NCBI GenBank assembly: GCA_963663865.1
Contig: OY760686.1
Coordinates: 1,824,001 to 1,888,000 of the forward strand
DNA: 64,000 bases
Source: Spirochaetota bacterium
GTDB taxonomy: Bacteria > Spirochaetota > UBA4802 > UBA5550
Direction of reading: 5' to 3'
Part shown: in pieces, positions 47,679-56,656 of the stretch
How positions within the stretch are numbered: position 1 is the stretch's first letter
How the letters are laid out: each line of letters opens with the position of its first letter
Program-made: the position numbers and the translations under genes
The notes under the pieces: generated by a model
Database searches by the model: none
What the model saw: the letters and a program-made list of their open reading frames with translations, nothing else
Told to the model about the DNA's origin: nothing

Positions 47679-48857
47679 ATGTCTCGAGTGTTGATAATCG
47701 GCGCCGGAGGTGTCGGACAGGTTGTGACTCATAAATGCTCTCAGCATCCGGATGTTTTCAGCGATATTATGCTGGCAAGCAGGACAAAGTCAAAATGCGA
47801 TAAAATAGCCTCACAGTTGAAAAGACCGATTCAGACCGCTCAGGTTGACGCGGATAATGTCCCTCAGCTTGTCGATCTCATAAAGTCTTTCAAGCCGGAA
47901 CTGGTAATCAATGTCGCTCTTCCGTACCAGGATCTGACGATTATGGATGCTTGCCTTGAAACGGGAGTTAACTATCTTGATACGGCCAATTATGAGCCGA
48001 GGGATGAGGCAAAGTTCTGCTACAAATGGCAGTGGGAATACCATGAAAAATTCGAACAAAAGGGATTACTGGCCTTGCTGGGAAGCGGATTTGACCCAGG
48101 TGCAACCAATGTCTTTACGGCCTATGCCAGGAAGCATCATTTCGATAAAATTGAAACGCTTGATATCATTGACTGCAACGCAGGTGATCACGGACAGCCC
48201 TTCGCTACAAACTTTAACCCTGAGATAAACATACGGGAGGTTACTGCCAGGGGGAAATTCTACGATAACGGTCAGTGGAAAGAGACAGATCCTCTCAGTG
48301 TAAAAATGGATTTTGAATTTCCTGAGGGCATCGGTGAAAAGAAGATTTATCTCATGTATCATGAGGAGCTTGAATCGCTTGTAAAGCATATCCCTGAAAT
48401 AAAACAGGCAAGGTTCTGGATGACATTCGGAGATAATTACTTAAAGTACCTTGAAGTACTCCAAAATGTGGGGATGACGAGAATTGATCCGGTAATCTAT
48501 AACGGACAGGAAATAGTTCCGTTGCAGTTTTTGAAATCAGTGCTGCCTGATCCATCTTCCCTTGGCCCGCTGACGAAGGGGAAAACCTGTATTGGATGCC
48601 TGATTGACGGAGAGAAAAACAATAACAAGGTTCAATATTATATATATAACATCTGCGATCATGAAGAGGCTTACAAAGAGGTCCAATCACAGGCAATCTC
48701 TTACACCACAGGAGTTCCTGCCATGATTGGAGCAATGATGATTCTAACAGGAAAATGGAAAGGGAAGGGGGTTTTCAACATGGAGCAGTTTGATCCCGAT
48801 CCTTTTATGGAAAAGATGAACGAGTGCGGCCTTCCGTGGAAAGAGGTTTTTCTTTGA
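47679..48857 (+). CDS. Carboxy(nor)spermidine dehydrogenase (saccharopine dehydrogenase family)
   Basis: IIGAGGVG, NVALPYQDL, YLDTANYE, GFDPG, FATNFNPEIN, SYTTGVPA; sits between speA and nspC. Confidence 0.92.
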   Translation: MSRVLIIGAGGVGQVVTHKCSQHPDVFSDIMLASRTKSKCDKIASQLKRPIQTAQVDADNVPQLVDLIKSFKPELVINVALPYQDLTIMDACLETGVNYLDTANYEPRDEAKFCYKWQWEYHEKFEQKGLLALLGSGFDPGATNVFTAYARKHHFDKIETLDIIDCNAGDHGQPFATNFNPEINIREVTARGKFYDNGQWKETDPLSVKMDFEFPEGIGEKKIYLMYHEELESLVKHIPEIKQARFWMTFGDNYLKYLEVLQNVGMTRIDPVIYNGQEIVPLQFLKSVLPDPSSLGPLTKGKTCIGCLIDGEKNNNKVQYYIYNICDHEEAYKEVQSQAISYTTGVPAMIGAMMILTGKWKGKGVFNMEQFDPDPFMEKMNECGLPWKEVFL

Positions 48858-48884
48858 TCAGGCTGACAAAAAGCAGGAAAAAGA

Positions 48885-50018
48885 ATGACAGGAAGCCATG
48901 AATTGAAAACGCCGTACTTTATTGTGCATGAGGACTTGCTTGAACGTAATCTGGAAATGCTTGCGTACGTCAAGGAAAAGACTGGATGCAGGATACTTCT
49001 CGCCCTGAAAGGTTTTGCCATGTTCAGCCTGTTTCCGATGATATCTGAATATCTTGACGGCGTATGCGCCAGTTCGCCTCATGAGGCAAGGCTGGGCAGA
49101 GAAGAATTCGGCGGAGAAGTTCACTCTTTTGCCGCCGCTTATAGTCCGGAAGATTTTGAAGAGCTTCTTCGCTATTCAGATCATATTGATTTCAATTCTT
49201 TTTCACAGCTTGACCGTTTCAGGGAAAGCGTTATAAAACAAGGCGGTACCGTAAGCTTTGGTCTCAGGGTTAATCCGGAGTACTCAGAGGCGCCGGTTGA
49301 AATGTACGATCCATGCGCGCCCTTTTCACGTCTTGGGATTCGCGCGTCGCAGTTTGAGGGAAAAAGCCTTGAAGGTATAACAGGGCTTCATTTTCATACG
49401 CTATGCGAACAGGATTCACCTGCGCTTCAAAGAACGCTAAGCGCCTTTGAAAATGGCTTTAAAGAATACATTGTCGGGATGAAGTGGATCAACTTTGGCG
49501 GCGGGCACCATATAACAAGGCCGGACTACGATATCGAACTGCTGATAAGGCTTATCTCTGATTTCAAAGAGAGATATGATGTTGAAATATACCTTGAGCC
49601 GGGAGAGGCTGTAGCTCTAAATACTGGCTTTCTTGTTTCAACTGTACTTGATATTATGCACAACGGTATGGATATAGCTGTGCTTGACACATCGGCTTCA
49701 TGCCATATGCCGGACGTTCTTGAAATGCCCTACAGACCGAATGTTTACGGAGCTGGCGTCCCTGGCGAAAAAGCTCACACATACAGATTCGGAGGAATCT
49801 CGTGTCTTGCCGGCGATGTCGTCGGTGATTACTCGTTTGATACGCCTCTTTCTCCGGGGGATCGGGTTGTGTTCCATGACATGGCCCATTACAGCATGGT
49901 CAAAACCAACACATTCAATGGAATACAGTTGCCTTCAATCGCTGTCAAGCGACGAAACAGTAAAATTGAGCTCATTAAAAGCTTTGGGTATACAGATTTT
50001 AAATCAAGGCTTTCCTGA
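48885..50018 (+). CDS. nspC: Carboxy(nor)spermidine decarboxylase
   Basis: LLALKGF, GLRVNP, YDPC, SRLG, HFHTLCE, NFGGGHH, EPGE, HMPD, CLAGD, FNG. Confidence 0.95.
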   Translation: MTGSHELKTPYFIVHEDLLERNLEMLAYVKEKTGCRILLALKGFAMFSLFPMISEYLDGVCASSPHEARLGREEFGGEVHSFAAAYSPEDFEELLRYSDHIDFNSFSQLDRFRESVIKQGGTVSFGLRVNPEYSEAPVEMYDPCAPFSRLGIRASQFEGKSLEGITGLHFHTLCEQDSPALQRTLSAFENGFKEYIVGMKWINFGGGHHITRPDYDIELLIRLISDFKERYDVEIYLEPGEAVALNTGFLVSTVLDIMHNGMDIAVLDTSASCHMPDVLEMPYRPNVYGAGVPGEKAHTYRFGGISCLAGDVVGDYSFDTPLSPGDRVVFHDMAHYSMVKTNTFNGIQLPSIAVKRRNSKIELIKSFGYTDFKSRLS

Positions 50019-50113
50019 AAAATGATGCTGTTTTGACAATATCAGAGAAGATTTATTGTTTGACTAAGAATTGCGAAGAGTAATAATAGTGCATGCAAAT
50101 TGCGAGGTCATGT

Positions 50114-50422
50114 ATGAAATTATCAAAAAGAATTAACAGGGAATTTTTAATCATTGATATCAACGAAGATATTTCAATGGAGAACGCTCATGAACTTGAT
50201 GAGTATATTCAAAAAAGTATTAATTCAGCTTTAAATAAAGTCGTACTTAATATTCAGGCCGTAAACTATGTAAACAGCTTTGCTCTGGGTGTGCTTATCA
50301 AGACGATGCAGACGATTGAGAAAAAAGGGCACGAATTTTATCTGATGAATGTAACCCCAAGTGTTAAAACACTTTTCAAGGTAACCGGGCTGTCGGATAA
50401 GTTTAAAATATATTCAGAGTAA
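50114..50422 (+). CDS. STAS domain protein (anti-sigma factor antagonist-like)
   Basis: VVLNIQAVNYVNSFALGVL...VKTLFKVTGL. Confidence 0.82.
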   Translation: MKLSKRINREFLIIDINEDISMENAHELDEYIQKSINSALNKVVLNIQAVNYVNSFALGVLIKTMQTIEKKGHEFYLMNVTPSVKTLFKVTGLSDKFKIYSE

Positions 50423-50426
50423 CAGA

Positions 50427-50459
50427 ATATCCGGGAATGTGTTGAAGACTCCCGGATAT
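50427..50459. terminator. Hairpin between the convergent STAS and HU genes
   Basis: ATATCCGGGA...TCCCGGATAT. Confidence 0.6.
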
Positions 50460-50481
50460 CAGTTATGTATGGAAGAGCTAA

Positions 50482-50862
50482 TCACTTAACCTTCGCTTTC
50501 AGCGCTTCTTCTTTAAAAGCTTTCAGGAATGTAAACTTTGGAACCTTGGTAGCCTTTTTGGCTGGTATTGTCATTTCTTCGCCTGTCAGAGGGTTTCTGC
50601 CTTTTCTTGCCTTGGTTGCCGGCTTAACACGGACAAACAACTTGCCAATTTTCCCAACTGGTACTCTCTCGCCTCTGAGGGCTCCGGCAGCCATGATGTC
50701 AAAAATATCTTCAGTTATTTCTCTGGCCTGTTTTTTTGATATCTCGTGCTTTTCTGAAATGTAAGCCACCATTGTGGTCATTGTAAGCTTTTCCGGCAGC
50801 TTGACAGCTGTTTTCTTTGACGGCGCTGGTGTCTTTGATGCTGCTGATTTTTTTGTGCTCAT
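50482..50862 (-). CDS. hup: HU family DNA-binding protein with a Lys/Ala/Pro-rich N-terminal tail
   Basis: ARKGRNPLTGEEMTIPA..KVPKF; start at ATG 50862 after AGGAG. Confidence 0.88.
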   Translation of the reverse strand: MSTKKSAASKTPAPSKKTAVKLPEKLTMTTMVAYISEKHEISKKQAREITEDIFDIMAAGALRGERVPVGKIGKLFVRVKPATKARKGRNPLTGEEMTIPAKKATKVPKFTFLKAFKEEALKAKVK

Positions 50863-50987
50863 ATCTGCTCCTGATTTAGTATTATAAAGACTTAACATTA
50901 CTTGTAGATAGGGCTGTCAAATCTATTTTTTCGAGTAAAATAATAATCGCAACTATTTTTTATCAACTGAACTCATTCAGATTTTTC

Positions 50988-53648
50988 TTAATGAAGACTT
51001 TTGTCTCTCTGATATCCTTCAGAAGAGACTTTATTAAATGAACCGCTGTAAAAGTATCGCAGTACATTGATATCCAGAATATTGATTAAATTATACAGCC
51101 ACTCCTTCAGTGAGTATATGGCATCTCTGTCGTTCAGTATCACTATTGATTCTTTTTTTTCATGATTTTCAAGGCGGATTAAACCAGTATCTGCGAGGTA
51201 TCTGACAGCATTTCTAAATACAGGAACTGAAATAGATTCGCTAATGTTCACTCTACTGAGATGATACAGCTTAATTCCGGTGTTTACACAGTTTTCGATA
51301 AGGGCCTTTTCAATATTCTTTTTTGGCGATGTTTCTATAGTTTTCATAACTATATAATAAGAACATATGTATTTTTCAACAATACCGGCAAAACAACGGA
51401 GTTTGAATACATCTTCAACTGAAGGTAAATAATCAGCAGATTCGAATGAAATAACCGAAAGCGATTTCAAAAAATTCAAGGTTTTTGTTAGAATCAAATA
51501 ATCGTCAGACATGGTTGATGTGTAAACAAATTCACAATGAAAGAATTCTTTCAGGCGGATATAAGCTTCCAGAAGAGATTGTGATGAACCTGTGCCTGTA
51601 CTTGACTCTTTTAACAGAGCCAGTGATGTAAACGCCAATGGAAGCAGATGGTGAATAACTGTATTCGAATAATAATTTATCGATCCTCTCTCTTCAGGGT
51701 TTAATAGGATGAGCCGTTCTGTAATTGGAGCTTCAATAGATGCGCCTTCAGGAAAAAATCTTAAAATACCGTCATCTTCAAAAATTTCAAGAGTTGATTC
51801 CGCTCTGGCAGTGAGACCTGTGCTGTTTTTTGAAGGAAAAGGGCAGTCTGTAATCTTAAAGAATTCAATGATATCGACAAGATGTTGTCTGAAATAATCT
51901 TCAGAAACAGCGTTTCCGGGCATTGAAAGAAGGGCAGTAGCAGCAACACCGGTAGGTGAAATCGGCATGGATTCACATATTTTTCTTGTTAGGAAAAGAG
52001 CGATATCGCCGATATCTGCCCGGCCGTTCCCCCCAGGATCAGAAAAAGAGCTCAGGGTGACGGGTTGGCCGAATGATACATATACTTTGCCGTATACGCG
52101 TTTAAGAATATTTCTGCTTTTTACAAATCCTGAAACGCTTTCCTTTTCCTTTTCAAAACCCTTGATCTCATGTCTGTATGATTTTTCTTCAGGCACCCTG
52201 TCGTAGTTTATTGCAGTAGGAATAAATACCAAATCATTGCTGTAACCCTGATCGACAGCTTCTGTGATATACTTAACAGCTCCGATCTTTGGGAAGAGCA
52301 CGCTTCCTGTTCTGCTGCGGCCCCCTTCAATAAAAAACTCAATGCTGTATCCCTCAGCGACGAGTGTTTTGACATACTGCTTTAAAACAGCCGAATAGAG
52401 CAAGTTGTCCTTAAATGACCGCCTGACGAAGAACGCCCCCGACTTTCTGAAGAGCATGCCCAGGGGGAAAAAAGAAAGATTTGAGCCGGCCATAATGTGA
52501 GGCGGAACAAGCTTTTCCTTAAAAAATATTGAGGAAATAATTAAATAGTCCATGTGGCTTTTATGACTGGAAACAATAACAAGAGGCCCTTTTCGTGATG
52601 CTGAACGTATTTCAGCGAGCTGGGCTATGTCGTATTCAATTCCCGTGAATATTTTTTTAAATATAAATGAGAGAAGCTTATCAAAGAAATTCACTGCTAC
52701 AATAGAAAAATCAGATGATATTTCCCTGAAGTGACGGTACGCTTTTTTCTTCAGCCTCTTTTCGGATGTGCCGGTTGATTTGTAAATTGACTTTATTGCA
52801 TCCATGATGTCAGAATGAGACAGCACCGTTTCCATTATTTCATTCCGCGGTTTTATTACAGGTCCGAGAATAGTCCTCTTTTCATCATGCTGAATCTCAT
52901 AGAGTTTGTGCCTCAGGATTGCTGCCGCTTCCTCAGGTGTTGTTTTGTCTTTATTCTCCTTCATGAAAAGCTGCAGGTCAATGGGGTCTGAAAGTCTTAC
53001 GAATGGTTCGGTGGCGCTTTTAAGAACTGTAATCAATGCGGAAAGGAGTCCTCTGTCTCCGGTAGCCTTTGAGGCAACAAATCCCCTTGTCTTTTCCGGG
53101 TTTCGATTCCAGAAAATAATTTGAGGAAGGACGAATATTGGTCTGTCAGTCTTATTCTGTATTTCCAGAAGGTATTCGAGGGTGTCCGGAACATTCATCA
53201 TCCATCTTCTGAAAAAAAGCTTCCGGGAAGTGATAGATAATACAAGGGGATTGCCGCTGTTAACCTGATAAAAAAGATAGTCAGAATCCTTTTCGTTGAT
53301 CAGGCTTTCGGAATCAGCAATTCTTTTTATGAGCTGAAAAAACCTTTTAAGTCTTGATGAAATCTTGCTTGCGGCAGAAGGTCTGTAGCCAGGTGCGCAG
53401 AGGGGTGACGGATAGCCTGTTTTCCGTAGAATATTTGATAAAATAAGTAGCGACGTGTTCGAGCTCTGGAATGAAGCGAATACAATATGCCCTTTGCGGG
53501 AATATTTTTCGAGAGTGACTGAACTCTCAGAGTCAAAGCACATATTTCTAAATAGTACTTTTATGAATCTTGAAAACAGGCGGTTGTGAAAGGTGTCAAC
53601 TTCGCTGTCGGAAATAAACGTCGATACCAAGGCCTTATCTTTCTTCAT
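50988..53648 (-). CDS. plsB: Glycerol-3-phosphate O-acyltransferase (PlsB-like)
   Basis: HKSHMDY, AGSNL, GAFFVRR, EFFIEGGRSRTG, INYD. Confidence 0.88.
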   Translation of the reverse strand: MKKDKALVSTFISDSEVDTFHNRLFSRFIKVLFRNMCFDSESSVTLEKYSRKGHIVFASFQSSNTSLLILSNILRKTGYPSPLCAPGYRPSAASKISSRLKRFFQLIKRIADSESLINEKDSDYLFYQVNSGNPLVLSITSRKLFFRRWMMNVPDTLEYLLEIQNKTDRPIFVLPQIIFWNRNPEKTRGFVASKATGDRGLLSALITVLKSATEPFVRLSDPIDLQLFMKENKDKTTPEEAAAILRHKLYEIQHDEKRTILGPVIKPRNEIMETVLSHSDIMDAIKSIYKSTGTSEKRLKKKAYRHFREISSDFSIVAVNFFDKLLSFIFKKIFTGIEYDIAQLAEIRSASRKGPLVIVSSHKSHMDYLIISSIFFKEKLVPPHIMAGSNLSFFPLGMLFRKSGAFFVRRSFKDNLLYSAVLKQYVKTLVAEGYSIEFFIEGGRSRTGSVLFPKIGAVKYITEAVDQGYSNDLVFIPTAINYDRVPEEKSYRHEIKGFEKEKESVSGFVKSRNILKRVYGKVYVSFGQPVTLSSFSDPGGNGRADIGDIALFLTRKICESMPISPTGVAATALLSMPGNAVSEDYFRQHLVDIIEFFKITDCPFPSKNSTGLTARAESTLEIFEDDGILRFFPEGASIEAPITERLILLNPEERGSINYYSNTVIHHLLPLAFTSLALLKESSTGTGSSQSLLEAYIRLKEFFHCEFVYTSTMSDDYLILTKTLNFLKSLSVISFESADYLPSVEDVFKLRCFAGIVEKYICSYYIVMKTIETSPKKNIEKALIENCVNTGIKLYHLSRVNISESISVPVFRNAVRYLADTGLIRLENHEKKESIVILNDRDAIYSLKEWLYNLINILDINVLRYFYSGSFNKVSSEGYQRDKSLH

Positions 53649-53694
53649 GACATGACTCCCTGCTGATGAATTCAGTGTTCGAAAGAATTACAAC

Positions 53695-54552
53695 TTAGCT
53701 ATCTGGTTGATTGTTTACAGAAGGAATGCACCGTTTTATCGTACTCCTGGTTAGCTCTATCAGCCCTTCAATGTCATCAGAGAAGCGGGAAGTGTCAATC
53801 GGGCTGTGAACGATTATATCAATTCTGCCTGGAAAAATATCCAGTGTACCGGGGGGCATAATGTCTCCTGCCCCCACAAGGGTAATTGGAAGAATGGGCA
53901 GCTTCATATCAACTGCCATCCTGAATGCGCCTTTTTTAAACGGGAGAAGTTCATCTGATTTGCTGCGCGTGCCCTCCGGAAAAAACAGTATGCTCGTACC
54001 GTCTTTAATGGCGCTTCGAGCCCTGTTAAGGGATTCCAGCGCGGAACTGGTATTACTTCTATCAATGAGGACCTGCCCTGACTTTCTGGAGTAAAAACCG
54101 ATTACAGGTATTTTCCCGATCTCTTTTTTCATGACCCATCTGAAATCTATTGGGAGCCAGCCGTAAAGGGAGAGTATGTCATAGTTGCTCTGATGGTTTG
54201 CTACTATAATGTAAGATTTATTGGGGTCAATGTTTTCTTCCCCGAGTAGGAACACACGCACAGGAGTCAGTAGAGCTGTTATTCTTCCCCACAGAACCGG
54301 TCCAATCCTGCTGATACGGGGCCCGAAAACAAACAGGAGCGGGAAGGTCAAAATGGCAAATATTAGAGTCGCAAATCCAAAGGCCGGTATCAGAAAGAGC
54401 AATTTGTACGGCTGATACAAAATGTTCAGAACCCTGGCAAGTCTTTTGTCAGGGTTCTGCCAAGTGTTTTCAAATCGCGATCTTTCCTGTCTTTCTGAAT
54501 CCTGCAAAGCCAATGACCTCTGAAATTGATATAGAGAATAAGTGATTGCCAT
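53695..54552 (-). CDS. plsC: 1-acyl-sn-glycerol-3-phosphate acyltransferase; true start may be downstream
   Basis: NHQSNYD, IDRS, FFPEGTRS, FKKGAF, PILPI. Confidence 0.9.
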   Translation of the reverse strand: MAITYSLYQFQRSLALQDSERQERSRFENTWQNPDKRLARVLNILYQPYKLLFLIPAFGFATLIFAILTFPLLFVFGPRISRIGPVLWGRITALLTPVRVFLLGEENIDPNKSYIIVANHQSNYDILSLYGWLPIDFRWVMKKEIGKIPVIGFYSRKSGQVLIDRSNTSSALESLNRARSAIKDGTSILFFPEGTRSKSDELLPFKKGAFRMAVDMKLPILPITLVGAGDIMPPGTLDIFPGRIDIIVHSPIDTSRFSDDIEGLIELTRSTIKRCIPSVNNQPDS

Positions 54553-54681
54553 CTGTAAGTTGGCAATCTACACATCGTATGTAAAAAAAATCAAGATGAA
54601 AATCGATATGTGTGGAGGGATTGTCTCAGAGCCCGCCCACGTATCAGAATGCCCGGCTTTTTAACTTGACAAAATATCGGA

Positions 54682-54830
54682 CTCCGCTGATGTCAAATAG
54701 CCGTAAATTCTTTTGCAATATCAGCGGCATTCAGTTATAGCTCCATTTTTCGGCAATGTTCACGGAAGGTCTTCATATCAGCTATTGGTCTTTCCGAGCC
54801 GGGTTTGACGGAGAACTCAGCTGAGCCTGA
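54682..54830 (+). ncRNA. Candidate structured RNA leader upstream of aspS (unassigned family)
   Basis: Several complementary segments by eye, many G-U pairs on the + strand; no match to T-box, SRP or tRNA motifs. Confidence 0.3.
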
Positions 54831-54877
54831 AATTAAATACAGAACAGATAAACTGTAGAAAAATAAATAGAGGGATT

Positions 54878-56653
54878 ATGTTTGAATCAAGGTCGTATTG
54901 CGGTGAACTTACAAAGGATAATGTTGGAAGCAGTGTTGATGTCTTCGGATGGGTGGATACCAAAAGAGATCTTGGCGGGATAATATTTCTCGAGATCAGG
55001 GATGTAACTGGAATTATACAGGTAGTATTTGATTCTTCAGAATCTAAGGCTAATGCTGAGACAGCTGATCAGTGCAGAAGCGAGTATGTCGTTGCCGTGA
55101 AGGGCGCTGTCCGTATGAGAGCGGAAGACCAGAAAAATGAGAATATTCCGACCGGCGAGATAGAGGTTTTAGCCGATAGCATTGAGATACTCAGCAAGTC
55201 CAAAGTGCCTCCGTTTGCCATTGATTCAAGAACCCAGCCGGGTGAAGAGATAAGGCTCAAATACCGCTTCCTTGACCTCAGGCGCGAGGAAATGCAGCAA
55301 GCCATTATCGCCCGTCATAAGGCGATGCAGACCACAAGGAACTATCTGACCGATAATAGATTTTTTGAGATCGAGACACCGATTATGAACAAATCAACCC
55401 CGGAGGGAGCGAGGGATTTTCTGGTTCCTAGCAGGCTCAACAAGGGCGAGTTTTACGCGCTGCCTCAGTCACCGCAGCTGTTCAAGCAGATACTGATGGT
55501 GTCGGGCTTCGACAGGTATTTTCAGATAGCAAAATGCTTCAGAGACGAAGATTTGAGGAATGACCGCCAGCCCGAGTTTACACAGATCGACCTTGAAATG
55601 TCCTTCGTAACAGAGGACATGGTTATCTCACTTGTTGAGGGACTCATATCGTCAATAATAAAAGACGTCTCAGGAAGAGAGATCACCATCCCTGTAAAGA
55701 GAATTACATACGATGATGCAATATCCCGTTTCGGAAAGGACGCTCCTGATACAAGATTCGGGCTTGAGCTTCGCGACTGTTCAGACATCTTCGCTGACTC
55801 TGAGTTCAAGGTTTTTTCATCTGCCTTGAAGAGCGGCGGCATTGTTAAGGGATTTGCTGCTGAAGACGGCGAGAGAATCTCGCGCAAGATGAGCGACGAC
55901 TACACTGAACATGTCAAGATTTACGGAGCTAAAGGTTTTCCGATGTTCAGATACAGGGCCGGCCAGTTCGAGGGGGGAATCTCCAAGTTCCTGAGCGAAG
56001 AAGAGAAAAAAGCTGTCATAGAGAGGTTTGAGCTCAAGAATGACGCAATCCTTTTCTTCTCTGTGGATAAGCCGGATGTAGTTAATCAGACCCTTGCCAA
56101 CATGAGAATAAAGGTTGCGCGTGACCTTGATATGATCGACGATGATAAGCTCGAACTTGTATGGGTTACAGACTTTCCACTCTTCGAATACGACGGTGAA
56201 GCTAAACGCTTTGTAGCGCTTCATCATCCGTTTACCTCTCCGAAGGATGAGTATATGGACGTGCTTGACGGGCTCAAGCCCGAAGACGCAGGAAGAATTA
56301 AAGCAAAAGCGTACGATATAGTGCTAAACGGAACAGAAATCGGCGGCGGATCGATAAGGATTTGGAATTCAGAGCTGCAGTCTAAAATATTCAGCTTAAT
56401 CGGAATGTCTGAAGAAGAAGCGCGCGGAAAGTTTTCATTCCTTCTTGACGCTCTTGAATACGGAGCACCGCCTCATGGCGGTCTCGCACTTGGTCTTGAC
56501 AGAATAATAATGATACTTCTCAAACGAAATTCCATAAGAGATGTTATGGCCTTCCCGAAAACGCAGAAGGGGCAATGTCTGATGAGCGGCGCTCCTTCCT
56601 CCGTAATTCCGGAACAGCTTCGCGAACTTTCTATCAAGTTTGTGGAAAGGTAG
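54878..56653 (+). CDS. aspS: Aspartate--tRNA ligase
   Basis: RLKYRFLDLRR, STPEGARDF, LPQSPQLFKQ, CFRDEDLR, HHPFT, GGGSIRI, PPHGGLALGLDR, AFPKT. Confidence 0.98.
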   Translation: MFESRSYCGELTKDNVGSSVDVFGWVDTKRDLGGIIFLEIRDVTGIIQVVFDSSESKANAETADQCRSEYVVAVKGAVRMRAEDQKNENIPTGEIEVLADSIEILSKSKVPPFAIDSRTQPGEEIRLKYRFLDLRREEMQQAIIARHKAMQTTRNYLTDNRFFEIETPIMNKSTPEGARDFLVPSRLNKGEFYALPQSPQLFKQILMVSGFDRYFQIAKCFRDEDLRNDRQPEFTQIDLEMSFVTEDMVISLVEGLISSIIKDVSGREITIPVKRITYDDAISRFGKDAPDTRFGLELRDCSDIFADSEFKVFSSALKSGGIVKGFAAEDGERISRKMSDDYTEHVKIYGAKGFPMFRYRAGQFEGGISKFLSEEEKKAVIERFELKNDAILFFSVDKPDVVNQTLANMRIKVARDLDMIDDDKLELVWVTDFPLFEYDGEAKRFVALHHPFTSPKDEYMDVLDGLKPEDAGRIKAKAYDIVLNGTEIGGGSIRIWNSELQSKIFSLIGMSEEEARGKFSFLLDALEYGAPPHGGLALGLDRIIMILLKRNSIRDVMAFPKTQKGQCLMSGAPSSVIPEQLRELSIKFVER

Positions 56654-56656
56654 TGG

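Noticed and set aside
50988-51900. AT-rich 3' part of plsB as a sign of horizontal transfer
   Set aside because: The catalytic part looks compositionally ordinary, and no mobility genes or flanking repeats are present.
54682-54877. T-box, SRP, tRNA or 6S RNA assignment for the aspS upstream region
   Set aside because: It lacks the T-box TGGNACC, the SRP GGAA-tetraloop motif and a cloverleaf. 6S cannot be confirmed by eye, so it is kept only as an unassigned candidate.
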